A stretch of DNA of 64,000 nt from Lepidodermella squamata (GCA_047495785.1 JBLDXI010000004.1:620001-684000); one strand, 5' to 3'. Positions 12,246 to 26,139 are shown, numbered from the stretch's first letter. Translations and numbers: made by a program. The notes: a model not told the origin generated them from the sequence alone.

Positions 12246-12572
12246 TGTAACAGGGGTTCGACACTAGGCAAGAGACGGCAGAAGTGGTAATCTCACAACT
12301 TTATTATACTTGTATAACTTGTTGTTTTATCGACAAATTACATCAGCTTAAATACTATCAGGATGGGTTGTTTTTCGAGGCCGCGTTGGTTCCGGATGAT
12401 GAAAGCCGGTCATGCAAAACATCAGCTACTGTGTCGGCTACAGGGATCGCGCTAACACGTCGGTGAGCCGTAACGGTGTAAGCCGAGTGGAACCGCACTA
12501 CGATGCCGGTGATGCGTAGCATGTCGACGATCTGAGCGGCGGTTCGTCATGGCCGACTTCACACCGGTTACA
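12246..12572 (-). repeat. 5' LTR (327 bp)
   Basis: TGTAAC...GTTACA inverted termini; AATAAA on the minus strand at 12300-12305; immediately followed by the PBS. Confidence 0.9.
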
Positions 12573-12821
12573 GAACAGCTTAATGCACTGATGATCTTTC
12601 AACTCGTTTTAACTGAACTTGAAATCATTGGATCTTTCAAACCCACGACAACGCACCGCAAGGTTTCCAGGAACGCTAAATTTTCACACTTAATTTTTTT
12701 AATTTATCGAATAGTTATTTTTTGTTTAATTAAAATTTTACAACTAATTTATTTAGCGGGGTCCACAAATCGATGACTACTAACGGGGGTGTGCAGATAG
12801 CGGGGTTGCAGTTATCGGGGG

Positions 12822-13264
12822 CATGTGACGTAGATAGGACGCCGCACTAAGAGGTTTTCGGACACGAAAAACTGAAGTCAGACTAATAAGGGGCAAAGTT
12901 CATCGTTTCAAATTTAATGAGATGAATCATGTCATTATTTCCCACCCAAATATTTCCTGTGCTATTTTTGTGTAATTTTGAGCAGATGGTGCCATTTCAT
13001 CAGCTCAATTCATCTTTGAAGATGCATCTCCTCTTTGTAGCGTCTCCGAAACCGCGCCAAATCACTACTTTTTGTGATCTTTGAAACTTGAACTAATTAA
13101 TTTTAAATGTTTAAATTTTAATTATTAATCAAATTCGAATTGAGCCCCACCATTTTATTTTTTTTTAAGCTGCAAAATATTCTGAATATTAATGAGGAAA
13201 AAAGTGAACACGTCTTCTTGTCTGCCGGCGTGCTCTGAGTGCGGCGTCCTATCTACGTCACATG
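12822..13264. mobile_element. MITE with 27-bp TIR and 8-bp TSD (P or hAT superfamily), inserted into a pogo-like TIR
   Basis: CATGTGACGTAGATAGGACGCCGCACT at both ends; ATCGGGGG duplicated at 12814-12821 and 13265-13272. Confidence 0.9.
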
Positions 13265-13308
13265 ATCGGGGGAGCACTGTATCTTGCTGGCAGCCACCGC
13301 GATGCATA

Positions 13309-13493
13309 CAGTGCTCCCTCGATAACTGCACCCCCGCTATCAACACACTCTCTTTAATTTGTTTTTTGGACTCTAAACGGTCGCGTGGCACCATCTGTTT
13401 TAAGCAAAAAAATGCAAATCCCTCGTTGACTGTTTCCCTCGATAATTTCACGGGTCTGGACCCCGACCCTGTGCAGTTATCGAGGGAGCACTG
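13309..13493. mobile_element. Tc1/mariner-pogo type MITE (TA TSD)
   Basis: TA-CAGTGCTCCCTCGATAACTGCAC...GTGCAGTTATCGAGGGAGCACTG-TA; related TIRs at about 12805-13279, 40285 and 49910. Confidence 0.88.
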
Positions 13494-13862
13494 TATCAGG
13501 ATTTTCTCTTATGAAATTGATCCGGATTCGTGGTTTTCTCGCGGCAACAGAAAGTCCAAGAACAAGGTAGAGCAGGATTTGAGGCGTCAATTACTGCTTC
13601 GACGTCGATTGGCGAATTTGACTCGAATCAAGGATTCATTGCCGCCGCGACTGGGATACGACAGCTTATAGAAATTTCAGCCCAACAGAATTGTTCTTCG
13701 AGATGTCAAGACTAGGCAAAAGTGTCCCACACCCTATCACGTATGACTCGAAGCTTTGATGGAACGACTAGAAAAATAACTTTTTCTTATTTGCTGACAC
13801 TGTTGAAAGTTGCGAGGAGTCGTCGCATTGCGTTTGAAAGGAGCCACTATTTTAAATTTTCT

Positions 13863-16800
13863 TGATGGTTGCGCACCAACGGTCCCACAGGGACGGAGTC
13901 CCCATAAGCAATAGAGTACGGCGCATCAGCCACTGCTGATGCGGATGAGGTTATAGGCCGATTCGCGGAAACTCCTAGGGAAACTCCTGTGATAGCTGTA
14001 AAATTCCAAAAAATACCAAAACATCGGCCATGTTTCAAAACCTCCAATAATTTTTCTTCAAACATACCGAGCAAACTACTGATTTTTAAACAATTAAAAA
14101 CGAAAAAATCGCTTCTTCGGTTACGCTTTTGCGCAACTAACTTGACCTAACGGCGTAAGGTCACCGGAGCCGGTCGCCACCACCGCGCGCTGTCGCGCGC
14201 GCACACGACCACACACGCGTAATCACCGGCGCTCATTATAACCGCGCGCACACTGTGGCTGCGCCACTGCGCCGTTCTTTTTGTTTATTGCCGTTAAAAA
14301 CTTTTTATGAATTACCGGCTGCCTCCCTCCCCCGGGGGAGGGAGCATCAGTTATCTTTCTTAAAAAACGTGATATTTAACTCCGGATTGGAGGGTGGGGG
14401 AAATAAAAACCGGCCGATCTTATTTCATCTATAACTTCACCAAAAATAATCCGAATTTGAAAATTTTTGCGGCAACCGGCAGCTGGTGCCCCGTTTTTCT
14501 AGATGGTTGCGCACCAAAGGTCCCACAGGGACGAAGTCCCCAATAAGCGACAGAGTACGGCGCATCAGCGACTGCTGATGCAGAAGGGGTTATGGCCGCT
14601 TTGGAATACCTTGCTAGGGAAATTCCTGTGATACATGTAGAAAATCTAAAAATACCGAAAAATCGGGCAGGCTTTCAAGTGGCGGGTAGAAACTTTTCAT
14701 TTTTGCCGCATCAATTGCTGATTTTTAAAAAATTAAAAACGAAAAAATCGCATTATTTATTACGCAATTGCGTAACTACCTTGACCTAACGGCGCTAGGT
14801 CACCGGAGCCGGTCGCCACCGCCGCGCGCTGTCGCGCGCGCGCGCACACGACACCTCTTGCGTAATCACCGGCGCTCTATTGTTAACTAACCAGCGCTGT
14901 AGCAGCGCTAACAGCGCAACTGGTATTGGCGCTCGAAACTTTTTATATGCCGTTAAAAACTTTTTATGAATTACCGGCTGCCTCCCTCCCCCGGGGGAGG
15001 GAGCATCAGTTATCTTTCTTAAAAAACGTGATATTTAACTCCGGATTGGAGGGTGGGGGAAATAAAAACCGGCCGATCTTATTTCATCTATAACTTCACC
15101 AAAAATAATCCGAATTTGAAAATTTTTGCGGCAACCGGCAGCTGGTGCCCCGTTTTTCTAGATGGTTGCGCACCAAAGGTCCCACAGGGACGAAGTCCCC
15201 AATAAGCGACAGAGTACGGCGCATCAGCGACTGCTGATGCAGAAGGGGTTATGGCCGCTTTGGAATACCTTGCTAGGGAAATTCCTGTGATACATGTAGA
15301 AAATCTAAAAATACCGAAAAATCGGGCAGGCTTTCAAGTGGCGGGTAGAAACTTTTCATTTTTGCCGCATCAATTGCTGATTTTTAAAAAATTAAAAACG
15401 AAAAAATCGCATTATTTATTACGCAATTGCGTAACTACCTTGACCTAACGGCGCTAGGTCACCGGAGCCGGTCGCCACCGCCGCGCGCTGTCGCGCGCGC
15501 GCGCACACGACACCTCTTGCGTAATCACCGGCGCTCTATTGTTAACTAACCAGCGCTGTAGCAGCGCTAACAGCGCAACTGGTATTGGCGCTCGAAACTT
15601 TTTATATGCCGTTAAAAACTTTTTATGAATTACCGGCTGCCTCCCTCCCCCGGGGGAGGGAGCATCAGTTATCTTTCTTAAAAAACGTGATATTTAACTC
15701 CGGATTGGAGGGTGGGGGAAATAAAAACCGGCCGATCTTATTTCATCTATAACTTCACCAAAAATAATCCGAATTTGAAAATTTTTGCGGCAACCGGCAG
15801 CTGGTGCCCCGTTTTTCTAGATGGTTGCGCACCAAAGGTCCCACAGGGACGAAGTCCCCAATAAGCGACAGAGTACGGCGCATCAGCGACTGCTGATGCA
15901 GAAGGGGTTATGGCCGCTTTGGAATACCTTGCTAGGGAAATTCCTGTGATACATGTAGAAAATCTAAAAATACCGAAAAATCGGGCAGGCTTTCAAGTGG
16001 CGGGTAGAAACTTTTCATTTTTGCCGCATCAATTGCTGATTTTTAAAAAATTAAAAACGAAAAAATCGCATTATTTATTACGCAATTGCGTAACTACCTT
16101 GACCTAACGGCGCTAGGTCACCGGAGCCGGTCGCCACCGCCGCGCGCTGTCGCGCGCGCGCGCACACGACACCTCTTGCGTAATCACCGGCGCTCTATTG
16201 TTAACTAACCAGCGCTGTAGCAGCGCTAACAGCGCAACTGGTATTGGCGCTCGAAACTTTTTATATGCCGTTAAAAACTTTTTATGAATTACCGGCTGCC
16301 TCCCTCCCCCGGGGGAGGGAGCATCAGTTATCTTTCTTAAAAAACGTGATATTTAACTCCGGATTGGAGGGTGGGGGAAATAAAAACCGGCCGATCTTAT
16401 TTCATCTATAACTTCACCAAAAATAATCCGAATTTGAAAATTTTTGCGGCAACCGGCAGCTGGTGCCCCGTTTTTCTAGATGGTTGCGCACCAAAGGTCC
16501 CACAGGGACGAAGTCCCCAATAAGCGACAGAGTACGGCGCATCAGCGACTGCTGATGCAGAAGGGGTTATGGCCGCTTTGGAATACCTTGCTAGGGAAAT
16601 TCCTGTGATACATGTAGAAAATCTAAAAATACCGAAAAATCGGGCAGGCTTTCAAGTGGCGGGTAGAAACTTTTCATTTTTGCCGCATCAATTGCTGATT
16701 TTTAAAAAATTAAAAACGAAAAAATCGCATTATTTATTACGCAATTGCGTAACTACCTTGACCTAACGGCGCTAGGTCATCGGAGCCGGTCGCCACCGCC

Positions 16801-16900
16801 GCGCGCTGTCGCCGGCGCTCTATTGTTAACTCACCAGCGCTGTGGCAGCGCTAACAGCGCAACCGGCAGCTGGCGCCCCGTTTTTCTAGATGGTTGCGCG
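13863..16900. repeat. 659-bp tandem array, about 4.6 units, central units essentially identical
   Basis: Identical 65-aa ORFs at 14592, 15251, 15910 and 16569; first unit diverged, last partly deleted. Confidence 0.97.
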
Positions 16901-19200
16901 AACCAACCCGATAGGGTTCCCCTAGAGGCGGAGCCGCAGCCTGAACCGGAGGTCCAGCGCCTCTATCTCAACTTCGCCGGTCGAGGCGGCTATGGTAGAG
17001 GCGTTTTGCGCTGGACGAAAAACAAAGCTAGGGAAACGAATTTTAACGATAAAAATATAGAAAAATAAGTCGTAGATAGATCTTTTTTCGAAGTTATGGA
17101 CAAACTTTTTTTTGCTAGTTTCACCATACGGCTGATTTTTGGCGATTTGTATTCATAAAAAAAATGGAGAACTGCTCATTAATATTCATAATGCATCACA
17201 CGCGAGAGCCGGGTCGTTGCGGTGCGTCTCTTCGAAATTTCAATTTAAAACCAGTTTGGCGGCCCTCCCTGGGGGGAGGGCTGCATCAATGACATTCTAC
17301 GGAAAATTCTGCATCGAACGGTATAAACTTTATATTGATACGATCAACGGTTGATTTTATATCGAATTTACGCGCGCACATGAAAAAGTGGCCCTCACTG
17401 ACGGTGTGTGAAATTTTCAAGGCGCGGGTGACACCCTTATATGTGCATAATTTGTCGTGACAAAGTCGGATGTTTAGATACTAGAAAGGACGGCCAATTT
17501 TTTGGTACCAAAACCGCCGCAAGTTTCGCAAGATATCCTTTGAATACAGCGTTTGCCGGGCGATTGATTTTTAGTGAAAATGAAATTTTTAATTTTTTCG
17601 ACTTTGGTCAATTATTTTGACATCCCAACCTCGTAGCGCTCATATTTGAATGCACCTAGATTGTAGCAAATTTTGCGCTGAATTTTTAGAGACTAACCTC
17701 GTTATCACAGCCCTCATGGTTGTTGAGCCAGACGAGGCGCGGTAAATCGCATTTTTCAACCCATATTTAGTGCGCGGCGGCGCTCACACACTCACTCAGA
17801 GTCGATTTCTGTCAAATTTTCGACACGCTTAGCAGTTTTGTGCGCACATACACATTGCATAGGTCGACGTAGAATTTCAAGACGAATCGAACGAGACTGG
17901 GCCCTTCGTCGTAGCCCTCATAGTTTTTAGTCTATATGAGGCGCGGCCGATCCACCTTAAAATTTCAAAATTTCGAATTCTCAATGTTTTTATGAATTTT
18001 CTCGCGATCTCGAAACATCCTGGTGTTATTTGATAACCCTCTCTAGTGCGAAATTTCACGGGCTATCCAACGGTAAAAATTGCAAAGCGATACCGCTCAC
18101 CGTTTTTTACCACGCGGTAAAATGTGAGATAAAAAACAAACCTGGTAAATTTCGAAATTTCGCTTTTACAATTTCGTGACTTATTTTACTGCGACTTCAG
18201 TAGTTTTAATGAGATATAGGTTTTCGGAGGCGCCAATACTTGATGATACATGCCTCACGTTCACAGGACACACCCATTTGACGCAACGCCCATGTCAATG
18301 TCAAACTTTTTAAACTTTGATGACCAACTTTGCACTCAAATTTTCCCATTCAGCGGATTTGTGCTGATATATTAATGATTTAAACGCGTAAAGCATAGTC
18401 AGGTACAAATTTTGAGACCAGGCTGGTCGTTGTAGCCGCCGTAGTTATGGCGTTTTTCACCGCGCGGTAAAGCTTGTTATGGCCATATTTTTAGTGTGCA
18501 CACTTACAGTTGGGCTTTCTCACTTGCATTTTTAGCCTGTATGCAATATTTGTGCGCAAAATTAATTAGAACCATCCGCTGCAGAAAAATGCGAGGAATC
18601 AAACGATACTACGCCCTTCGTCGTGGCCCTCATAGTTTTCTGCCTATGAGGGGCGGTAGAATTTGTTTCGACCCACCTTAAAACTCGAAAATTTCGAAAT
18701 TTCAATGTTTTTGTGAATTTTTTCGCGACGGTGTAGAAGCGTCCCGGCGTAATATATTAGCCATGTCTACTACAACATTTTGCGGGCTATTTTATGGTGA
18801 AAACCGCATGTCAATACCCCTCATGGTTTTTTGCCAATAACGCACGCGGTATAATTTGAGATAAAAAACAGACAAAAAAGTAAATTTTGAAATTTTGCTT
18901 TACCAATTCCGGGTCATTTTTATCTGAAATTGTAGTGACGAATTTTTATGACAAATAGGTAACTAGAGGCGGCCTATCGAATGGAATATGCCCCATGTTC
19001 ATGGGCCGCACAATGTGGGCAGCACACCCTTTGTTAAGGTCAAATTTTATCGGAGCTGCGCCTACATGCAAATGAGTTTCATATACGTATCGTATATCAT
19101 TCGATAGCTTGAAATAATTGCTGCACCTTTGAAGCGGTTATTTGTCAAATTTAGACAAAAAAATTGACAAAAAAATGATTTTTTGATTTGAAAATGACTT

Positions 19201-20932
19201 GTCATGTCGCTCCTTTTGCCCTATAAAGTAACTCTTCCCTTTTCCACACCCATTTTCTGTTGAGAAGGCGAGTTTTTGCCTCATCGCTTATTGCATTATC
19301 GCGGCGCGGGACAGTACTTTTATTGCAAGAATGCGCGGCTCGATGCCTTATATTCTGCAGAATGAATTCATTGTAAAAAGGGTTTATTGCAGTTATATAT
19401 AGACCGCTTTGCAGAGAATCAAGCAATATATTCGCCAAAAAAACACTTTTTATGCAAGATAAATTCTCAGATTTTGTTAGTTTTCTCCTTGAAACTCGAA
19501 ACTTTTGCGATTTGTTGGATTTTTCGTTTTCTTAGAATAATGAAACCACCAGTTCCTGCCACCGTCAAGGTGTTTGAGAAGGACGTTGGCTTCGAGGAAG
19601 TCAAATCATGGGTGAATAACAATTTCCCATTACTCAGAATCAAGTTTTCAGGACATTCGGCTGGCAAACGCTACGCATACTACAAGTGCGAATATTTCAT
19701 GAAGCATGGCTTCCTTAGGTGCCCGGCGTCAGCGAAAGTCGTTGAGAACAGCGATGGATCTGTAGCTTTCGTTTCTCAAAATCCAGAACATAACCATGAG
19801 CAAGATCCCAAAGCGACGAGCAGCAAGTTCTTGCGCATTGACCGCACGGCATCTGCTGTCGTGAACAATTTCCTCAAAGGCTCTAATCCGATTGTCGATG
19901 GAGAGCGGTTGCAGTCATCTATCGCAGCAAGATACAGATCGATGGGTCTGAAGAACCCGCCAGTGCCCACGATAAGTCAATTGAGAAAGGCAATTGCTAC
20001 AGAACGAAAAAAACAGAGAACGAGGAGGCGCCGATTGGAGATCCATCAGAATAAGATCCAGATTCCGAACAGTACAGTAACAGTACGCGATACGGATTCC
20101 GAAAAACGCAAACCATCATTAGCTGCTAACATCCTCTGCGTGGCATTTCTTGTTTACACCGACTTTCGCCTCCTGAGCTAATGAGCGACTTCAAAAAGCA
20201 GAGCCTCGAGAGCCCCTAAGGCAGTGACACAAAACATGGTGCATGTTAGCATGTTACTTGCCTGTCGAACGTACGCATGCTTCGAGAATGAATCGTTTCA
20301 AATTTTTCAATCTGCGCCTGACTTAGGCTGAGTATAGGCCATCAATTATCCCCAATGTATCTAAATAAAAGTTTTTAAGTTCTCTTGAAGAGACACCCGT
20401 CCAGTATTTGAAATAATTATGATTCTTGACACAATGCCATCGAAACCATACAACCCATTTGTGATTGACTGTGCAAGGAATATATTCAAAACTTAGCAGT
20501 CAAAACTCCAGTTTTCTGTTCAGCTGGCAAGGGAGTACACTATCGAAGGCCGATTTGCCGTGAAACACCCATTGAAAACGACTTTCATAAGGAATTAATG
20601 ATATTTTAGTTGACTTTCTGCAGAATACCGGGTACCAACTGCAAGAAAGCCCGGTTTTTATGCAGAAAGTCTGAATTATTATGCAAGATAACCGCTGCCG
20701 CATTGCTCATCATGCATAAAAAATGGAGCGCACGTGCGTTTTTATGCAAGATAACTTACTGATTGCTCGCATCTTATGCGAAATAATAGGGAACAAGGGT
20801 AACGCTTCTGCCATACTTCTGCTGCCCGAGAAAAAAATTACGCCGCTCGCAAACATATGAATTACTGCGCGGCTGCGCTCATACATGGGTTTATGAAAAC
20901 GTTCCCTTATAGGGCAAAAGGAGCGATGTGAC
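19201..20932. mobile_element. TIR element carrying a WRKY/FLYWCH-like zinc-finger ORF
   Basis: TIR GTCA(TG/CA)TCGCTCCTTTTGCCCTATAA; possible 5-bp TSD GACTT/GACGT; repeated TTATGCAAGA subterminal motif. Confidence 0.75.
19540..20181 (+). CDS. WRKY/FLYWCH/FAR1-like zinc-finger protein (MULE-associated type)
   Basis: From ATG MKPPVP; YYKC-x10-CPASAKV...EHNH; basic C-terminal stretch; no DDE domain visible. Confidence 0.6.
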   Translation: MKPPVPATVKVFEKDVGFEEVKSWVNNNFPLLRIKFSGHSAGKRYAYYKCEYFMKHGFLRCPASAKVVENSDGSVAFVSQNPEHNHEQDPKATSSKFLRIDRTASAVVNNFLKGSNPIVDGERLQSSIAARYRSMGLKNPPVPTISQLRKAIATERKKQRTRRRRLEIHQNKIQIPNSTVTVRDTDSEKRKPSLAANILCVAFLVYTDFRLLS

Positions 20933-22828
20933 GACGTGAAATTTTGTTGGAAATTTGACATGAGAAAACAATTTTTATATTTTTCGATCACGGTTCAACT
21001 CAACTTCAAGCCCAAGTCCGTTCACCTGGTTTTACCTTAATTCCAGGTAATAATTCCAGGTAAGTTTCGCAAGATTTCCTTTGACTACAGCGTTTTGCGC
21101 GCGATTGATTTTTAGTGAAAATTTCAATTTCAATTTTTTCGAGTTTCGTCAATTTTTTTGACACCTCATCCTGGTAGCGCTCGTGTTTTAATGCACTTAG
21201 AATGTAGCAAATGTTCCGCTGAATTTTTAAAGACCAAGCTCGTCTTTGCAGCCCTCGTGGTTGTCGAGGAATAAGAAGCGCGGCAAATCGCGTTTTTCAG
21301 CCTATTTTTAGCGCGCGGCGGCGCTCACACACGCACTCACACGCACTTTCTGTCAAATTTGAAACACATGCAGCAGTTTTTTGCGCACAAACACGTTACA
21401 CAGGCCGACGTAGAATTTCAAGACGAACCGAACAAGACTAAGCCCATCTTCGAAGCCCTCGTAGTTTTTTGCCTATAGGAGACGCGGTAGAACTTGTTTT
21501 GATCCACCTTAAAACTTGAAATTTCGAGATTTCGACGTTTTTGTGAATTTTTTCGCGACAATACAGAAGCGACCGAGCGTAATTGAATAGCCATTTCTAG
21601 TACAACATTTCGCGGGCTATCCACGGGTGAAAACCGCAAGCCGATATCAGCTGCCGTTTTTTGCCCGTAAGCCTCGCGGTAAAATTGGAGATAAAAAACA
21701 AGCCCCATAAATTTCGAAATATCGCTTCTGCAGTTCTGAGTCATATTCAAATGCGAGTTCAGTGGCGAATTTTCATGAGAAATGGGTAATTCGAGGAGCT
21801 CTATCGAACGGTAAATGTCTCATGTTGACAAGGCGCACCCATTTGACAGCACACCCTTTGCTAAGGTCAAAATTTGAACGGGGCCGCGCTTGCATAAAAA
21901 CAAGTTTCACTCAAGTATCGCATATCATTCGATAGTTGTGTTATTCAGGCTTTCATGGGAGTGGTTATTTGTCAAAAAAATAAAGTTTGACGCCGCAATT
22001 GACCAACAACTGATATTTGACATTCGATATCTCTCCGATCAGGCGCCCGTAATTTTTGCTCATGTTTATTTTGAAAACTAAAATTCGATGTTTTCATCAT
22101 GGTTGAAATTGAGTTATAAGCCTGTTCCCCCGTTTTTAGCTGACTTCAAGGTAGCAAAGCACCTCGTTATTACTTCTGAATAATGAAATCATATTGAGTG
22201 TAATGAAAGTGTGCGCCGCCGCGGTTAGCCGGACCATGAACAAGATAACCGAGTCACACGACGTGGATAGAGTTATAGAGTTATTGGGACATCGATCCCG
22301 GTTGCTGCCATTCTCGAGGGAATGTTGAGGATTGGGGAGGGGCGAAAAAAGTTCCCCTCCAAGATGGCTAGGAGGGGAATTTCAAGGGGTAGTGATTTCA
22401 ACCGACTTAACCGTTCATGCTCAGCGCAAAGCTGCCAAAACGAACCAAATTAATGTCCTAGCATGGTTTTTTACTGGATGGATTTCTTAAGAATAATAAA
22501 GATTGAGTGGCTCCTTTCAAACGCAATGCGACGGAGTGTGTGGAACATTTCCCGAACTGATTGATTGCCGATACAATGGTAAAACAGTGACGGACGATCA
22601 AAAGGGGCGTTTCTTACTCAATACCGAAAAGTATTGAGTAAGAAACAGAAAGAAAAACAGAAACAGAATACATGTATTAAAAGTAAACAATATTCAACAG
22701 AATATTAATCTGTATCTGTATTGTTTTTAGCCTCAATCATAGGAGAAATTTAATAGAGTTCTTAGTTACGTGTCATAACGTGTCACTATTGTATGAAATG
22801 GTTACGCTGTAATAACGAGAATCAAATG

Positions 22829-23205
22829 TTAATATGAAACGCAATCTTTCTGTTGCGAATCTAAGCGGATCCTATTTCTCCCGATGCTACAACCAGCCTC
22901 GATAAAGTCAAGCCGATCGTATTTTCGCCTGAAATAAAAACAAACTAAATACATGTAATTGCAACAACTATCAGGGCGAAACTTACACTGCGCTTGCAAG
23001 CTTCATAACACGTCGATCGAGTGAGCTGATCCAAAGCTTTGGTGACCATAGCTTCCACCCGCATCAGCTCATCATCAGTGAGGCTCGCCAATGCGGTGAG
23101 ATAATCATCGCGGCTCATCATGGTTCCACTATCGGGCCTAGATATAGTCCTAGCCATCAGAGATGCAGTAATGTCTACCAGAAAAAGTCTCGTTATTAAA
23201 CGCAT
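22829..23205 (-). pseudogene. Secreted 4-Cys family member A (exon 2 apparently frameshifted)
   Basis: Exon 1 23205-22987 (LASLTDDELMRVE...LDQLTRSTCYEACKRS) then GTAAGT; splicing to the TTTCAG acceptor at 22929 gives an early stop, while the family tail RLDFIEAGC lies in another frame. Confidence 0.65.
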
Positions 23206-23522
23206 GGCGCTAAATGCAGAAATTAAAATAGTGCATTCACAATGGCAGTGTACTTGTGTAATTACAAGAAAATTATCACACCTATTGACGTAGTGGTATG
23301 ATTGACGTCATGGGAAGCTTGCGAAATCAATTCCTACTTTTAACGCATTTAATTGATGCCAATGGCCAAGCAATTGACGTTGGCTGATTGACCTAGAAAC
23401 CTAGTTGAAGGACGCATCTTTGCTTTGGGTAATTGTCCACAAATTACGGTGGCGAATCAACTTCACTTAACTATACGGGTTGTTATATGACGAGGAAATA
23501 ATATTTTCTAGATCGAGATTTC

Positions 23523-24580
23523 CATAGAGATGATAGAGTGCTCACTCCCCACCAAAACCATACAACGCTATGGGGGCCATATGGCAGGGGATTAACTCAT
23601 TGTCCTGGAGTACAAAACTGAACTAATTACAAATCAATCGATCGCACAAATCGCTGGCGCCAGCGCTTCGATTATCGGTGGCAGGGTCGGGGTTTGGGTC
23701 ATCGCTAAACTGAGAGACGGCCGATTTTTTTATGCTAAATTTATTCAGGTAGCATTTTTAGAAGTGGACGATAGGCGACCGTAAAGTCAACGTCCCTTTT
23801 CGACCTTTTACCTTTGAAGCGGTCCACACCTGGATCTAAGGTGAAATTGAACGACCTTTTGAAGCCAAGTTATTCATCAGGTGGGGGCGATCATTTTGAC
23901 TCCTGATTTAGATCTGGAACCCCCATATTTTGAACGGTGGAAATTTTCGAATTAAAATCACTCTTAAAAAGAACTTTTTTGACTGTTTTCAGCAGTTTTT
24001 CACTGAGTAAACACTGTTGCGTAATTATTGAAAAAGAGTTTTTTTGCGCAAAGCTTATTTTTGAACATCCAATTTTGATGACTCATGGTCGTTCGCTCGC
24101 ACAAAATTACGATTTTTGGCTTAAAGAATTGCTTTTTAAGGGTGAATTCATTTTGAAAATTTGCAACGGTCAAAATATGGGGGTTCCAGATCTAAATCAG
24201 GTGTCAAAATAATCGCCCCCACCTGATGAATAACTTGGCTTCAAAAGGTCATTCAATTTCATCTTAGATCCAGGTGTGGACTGCTTCAAAGGTAAATGGT
24301 CGAAAAAGGACGTCGACTTCTCGGTCGCCTATCGAGCACTTCTACAAATCCTACCTGGATAAATTTGGTATCGAAAAATCGGCCGTCTCTCAGTTAAGCG
24401 ATGACCCAAACCCCGACCTGGTAACCGATAATCGAAGCGCTGGCGCCAGCGATTTATGTGACCGATCGATTTGTAATTAGTTCAGTTTTGTACTCCAGGA
24501 CAATGAGTTAATCCCCTGCCATATGGCCCCCATAGCGTTGTATGGTTTTGATGGGGAGTGAGCACTCTATCATCTCTATG
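23523..24580. mobile_element. Foldback MITE with ~410-bp TIRs and 8-bp TSD (P/Galileo-like)
   Basis: CATAGAGATG...CATCTCTATG; GAGATTTC duplicated at 23515-23522 and 24581-24588. Confidence 0.92.
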
Positions 24581-25566
24581 GAGATTTCTGATTAGCGGTC
24601 TGTGTTTTTGCACCTAATTTATTTGTCTAGTAGCTGCTCAAACTACCCATGGACATTTTCGAGCTAGCGCCATCCAAGCCACTGAATAATGCATGACATA
24701 TCTGAATAGCAGACGAGATTAACGAATAACGAGTGTGTCTTGACACATATTCAAACTCCTCGTTCCGGTGAAAATTATAGCTTCAGATTATAGGTTGCTA
24801 TGCCTAGTCCCTGACGCAATACGCGATATTTTTAATCGACTTCATGTATGCCGCTGCAAAATATGTGTATAACGTCGATAGCTGTTCAGCCCCTCCGAGG
24901 GTTGAACGTAAATTTTTGAACTTGAACTTCCTTGTTGTTGAACTTGAGCTTTTTCACGAAACATTTTTTACAGAATTTTCCTAATCTCATTTCAATTTCA
25001 GCTGAGCTTTCCAACGATATTATGTCACCTGGATGTATGGCTCATAAATAAATAAATAAATAAATAGCACATTAGGATCAGTTTCATTGGTGATATTAAA
25101 AATCATCCAGGTCGGAAAGGTTTTGACGAACTAGGGCCACACTCGTCACATCTGTCTAGCTTGATTAATGTCTTGCCCGGTTTCCTGATTGTTCATAATC
25201 AGGCCTTTCAAAATGTCTCCTATACCATGAAACCTTCATTATGGCAATCATCATAATTAGATATCAGCTATGAATTTCTTGTCACTCTCAAACCTATATT
25301 GGGCTGGAGTCTTAATATATTTTGTTTGAGGTGATTCCATTTGGAAATCGGACTCAACCCTAAATTTAGGGACCCTAGGCTGGGAAAATGTCCCAATAAA
25401 CACCTATAAATTATCTTCGATTGGACTTGTTTAACGATAAATAAGCGTGGCATTGTCGCACTTCTGAGAGGCGCAATAATAACAATTAACCTACTTAAGA
25501 TCAATTTAAACTACAGGCATTCCTCAAGGTATTTAAACCGAAATATGAGCAACTGATCCTTGAAAA

Positions 25567-25945
25567 ATGTTTTGCATGGTGATGATGAAGATTATGATTT
25601 TGGCTGCCCTGTTCGCCGAAGTTATTGGCAAACCCTCAGCCAGAATTCCTTCCGGTCAATTAGGCGATCGGAGTGTATTTCTGCTCGCTCTCAATCTGAT
25701 GAGCGAATCTCAGCTGGCCGAATTGGAGACTAAGGCTGTAGCAACGTTGGAAAGGCTGACCGCGCGTCAGTGTCGAGTGCTTTGCAAACGATCGGTAATG
25801 TGATGAAAATGTCAAAATTGCTTCTTTAATTTCATTTTCACAGGTCAAAGTAATGAGTTGCCTCGGTGAGAAACCAGCTCATCGGCAACATTTTATGAAA
25901 GCCAACTGTACCAACATTTCAGCGCCGAAGTTTCATCAAGGTTGA
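25567..25945 (+). CDS. Secreted 4-Cys family member B (109 aa; exons 25567-25794, 25844-25945)
   Basis: Signal peptide; 49-nt GT-AG intron; CRVLCKRS|VKVMSCLGEKPAHRQHFMKANC; TATTTAAA about 35 bp upstream. Confidence 0.85.
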
Positions 25946-26139
25946 ACGCATATTCCACTGACTCTCTTTTCAAGTATTCACTCCAATATCCAATACAACT
26001 CTCAATTCTTGTAACAGTATTGTGGAAGCTTCATTTCGCGTTATATTTTAATTTTTAATTGTTCAACACTAAAATGAGAGGAGGAACCCATCATTACGTT
26101 CGAAGCTTCACATAAAAAATACAGGAGTAAAAAATACAC

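Larger units (their letters stand above)
1..12572 (-). mobile_element. Ty3/Gypsy LTR retrotransposon with env-like third ORF; interrupted by a DNA transposon; 3' end rearranged and running off the window
   Basis: Order LTR-PBS-gag-PR-RT-RH-IN-env on the minus strand; bases 1-33 are identical to LTR bases 12269-12301. Confidence 0.95.
17515..22150. repeat. Diverged repeat complex (~720-bp sub-period; block at 17521 duplicated at 21062)
   Basis: Homologous segments at about 17880, 18595 and 21422; AAGTTTCGCAAGAT... at 17521 and 21062. Confidence 0.8.

Noticed and set aside
14592-16766. Four identical 65-aa ORFs
   Set aside because: By-product of the 659-bp tandem repeat; no motif or splice support.
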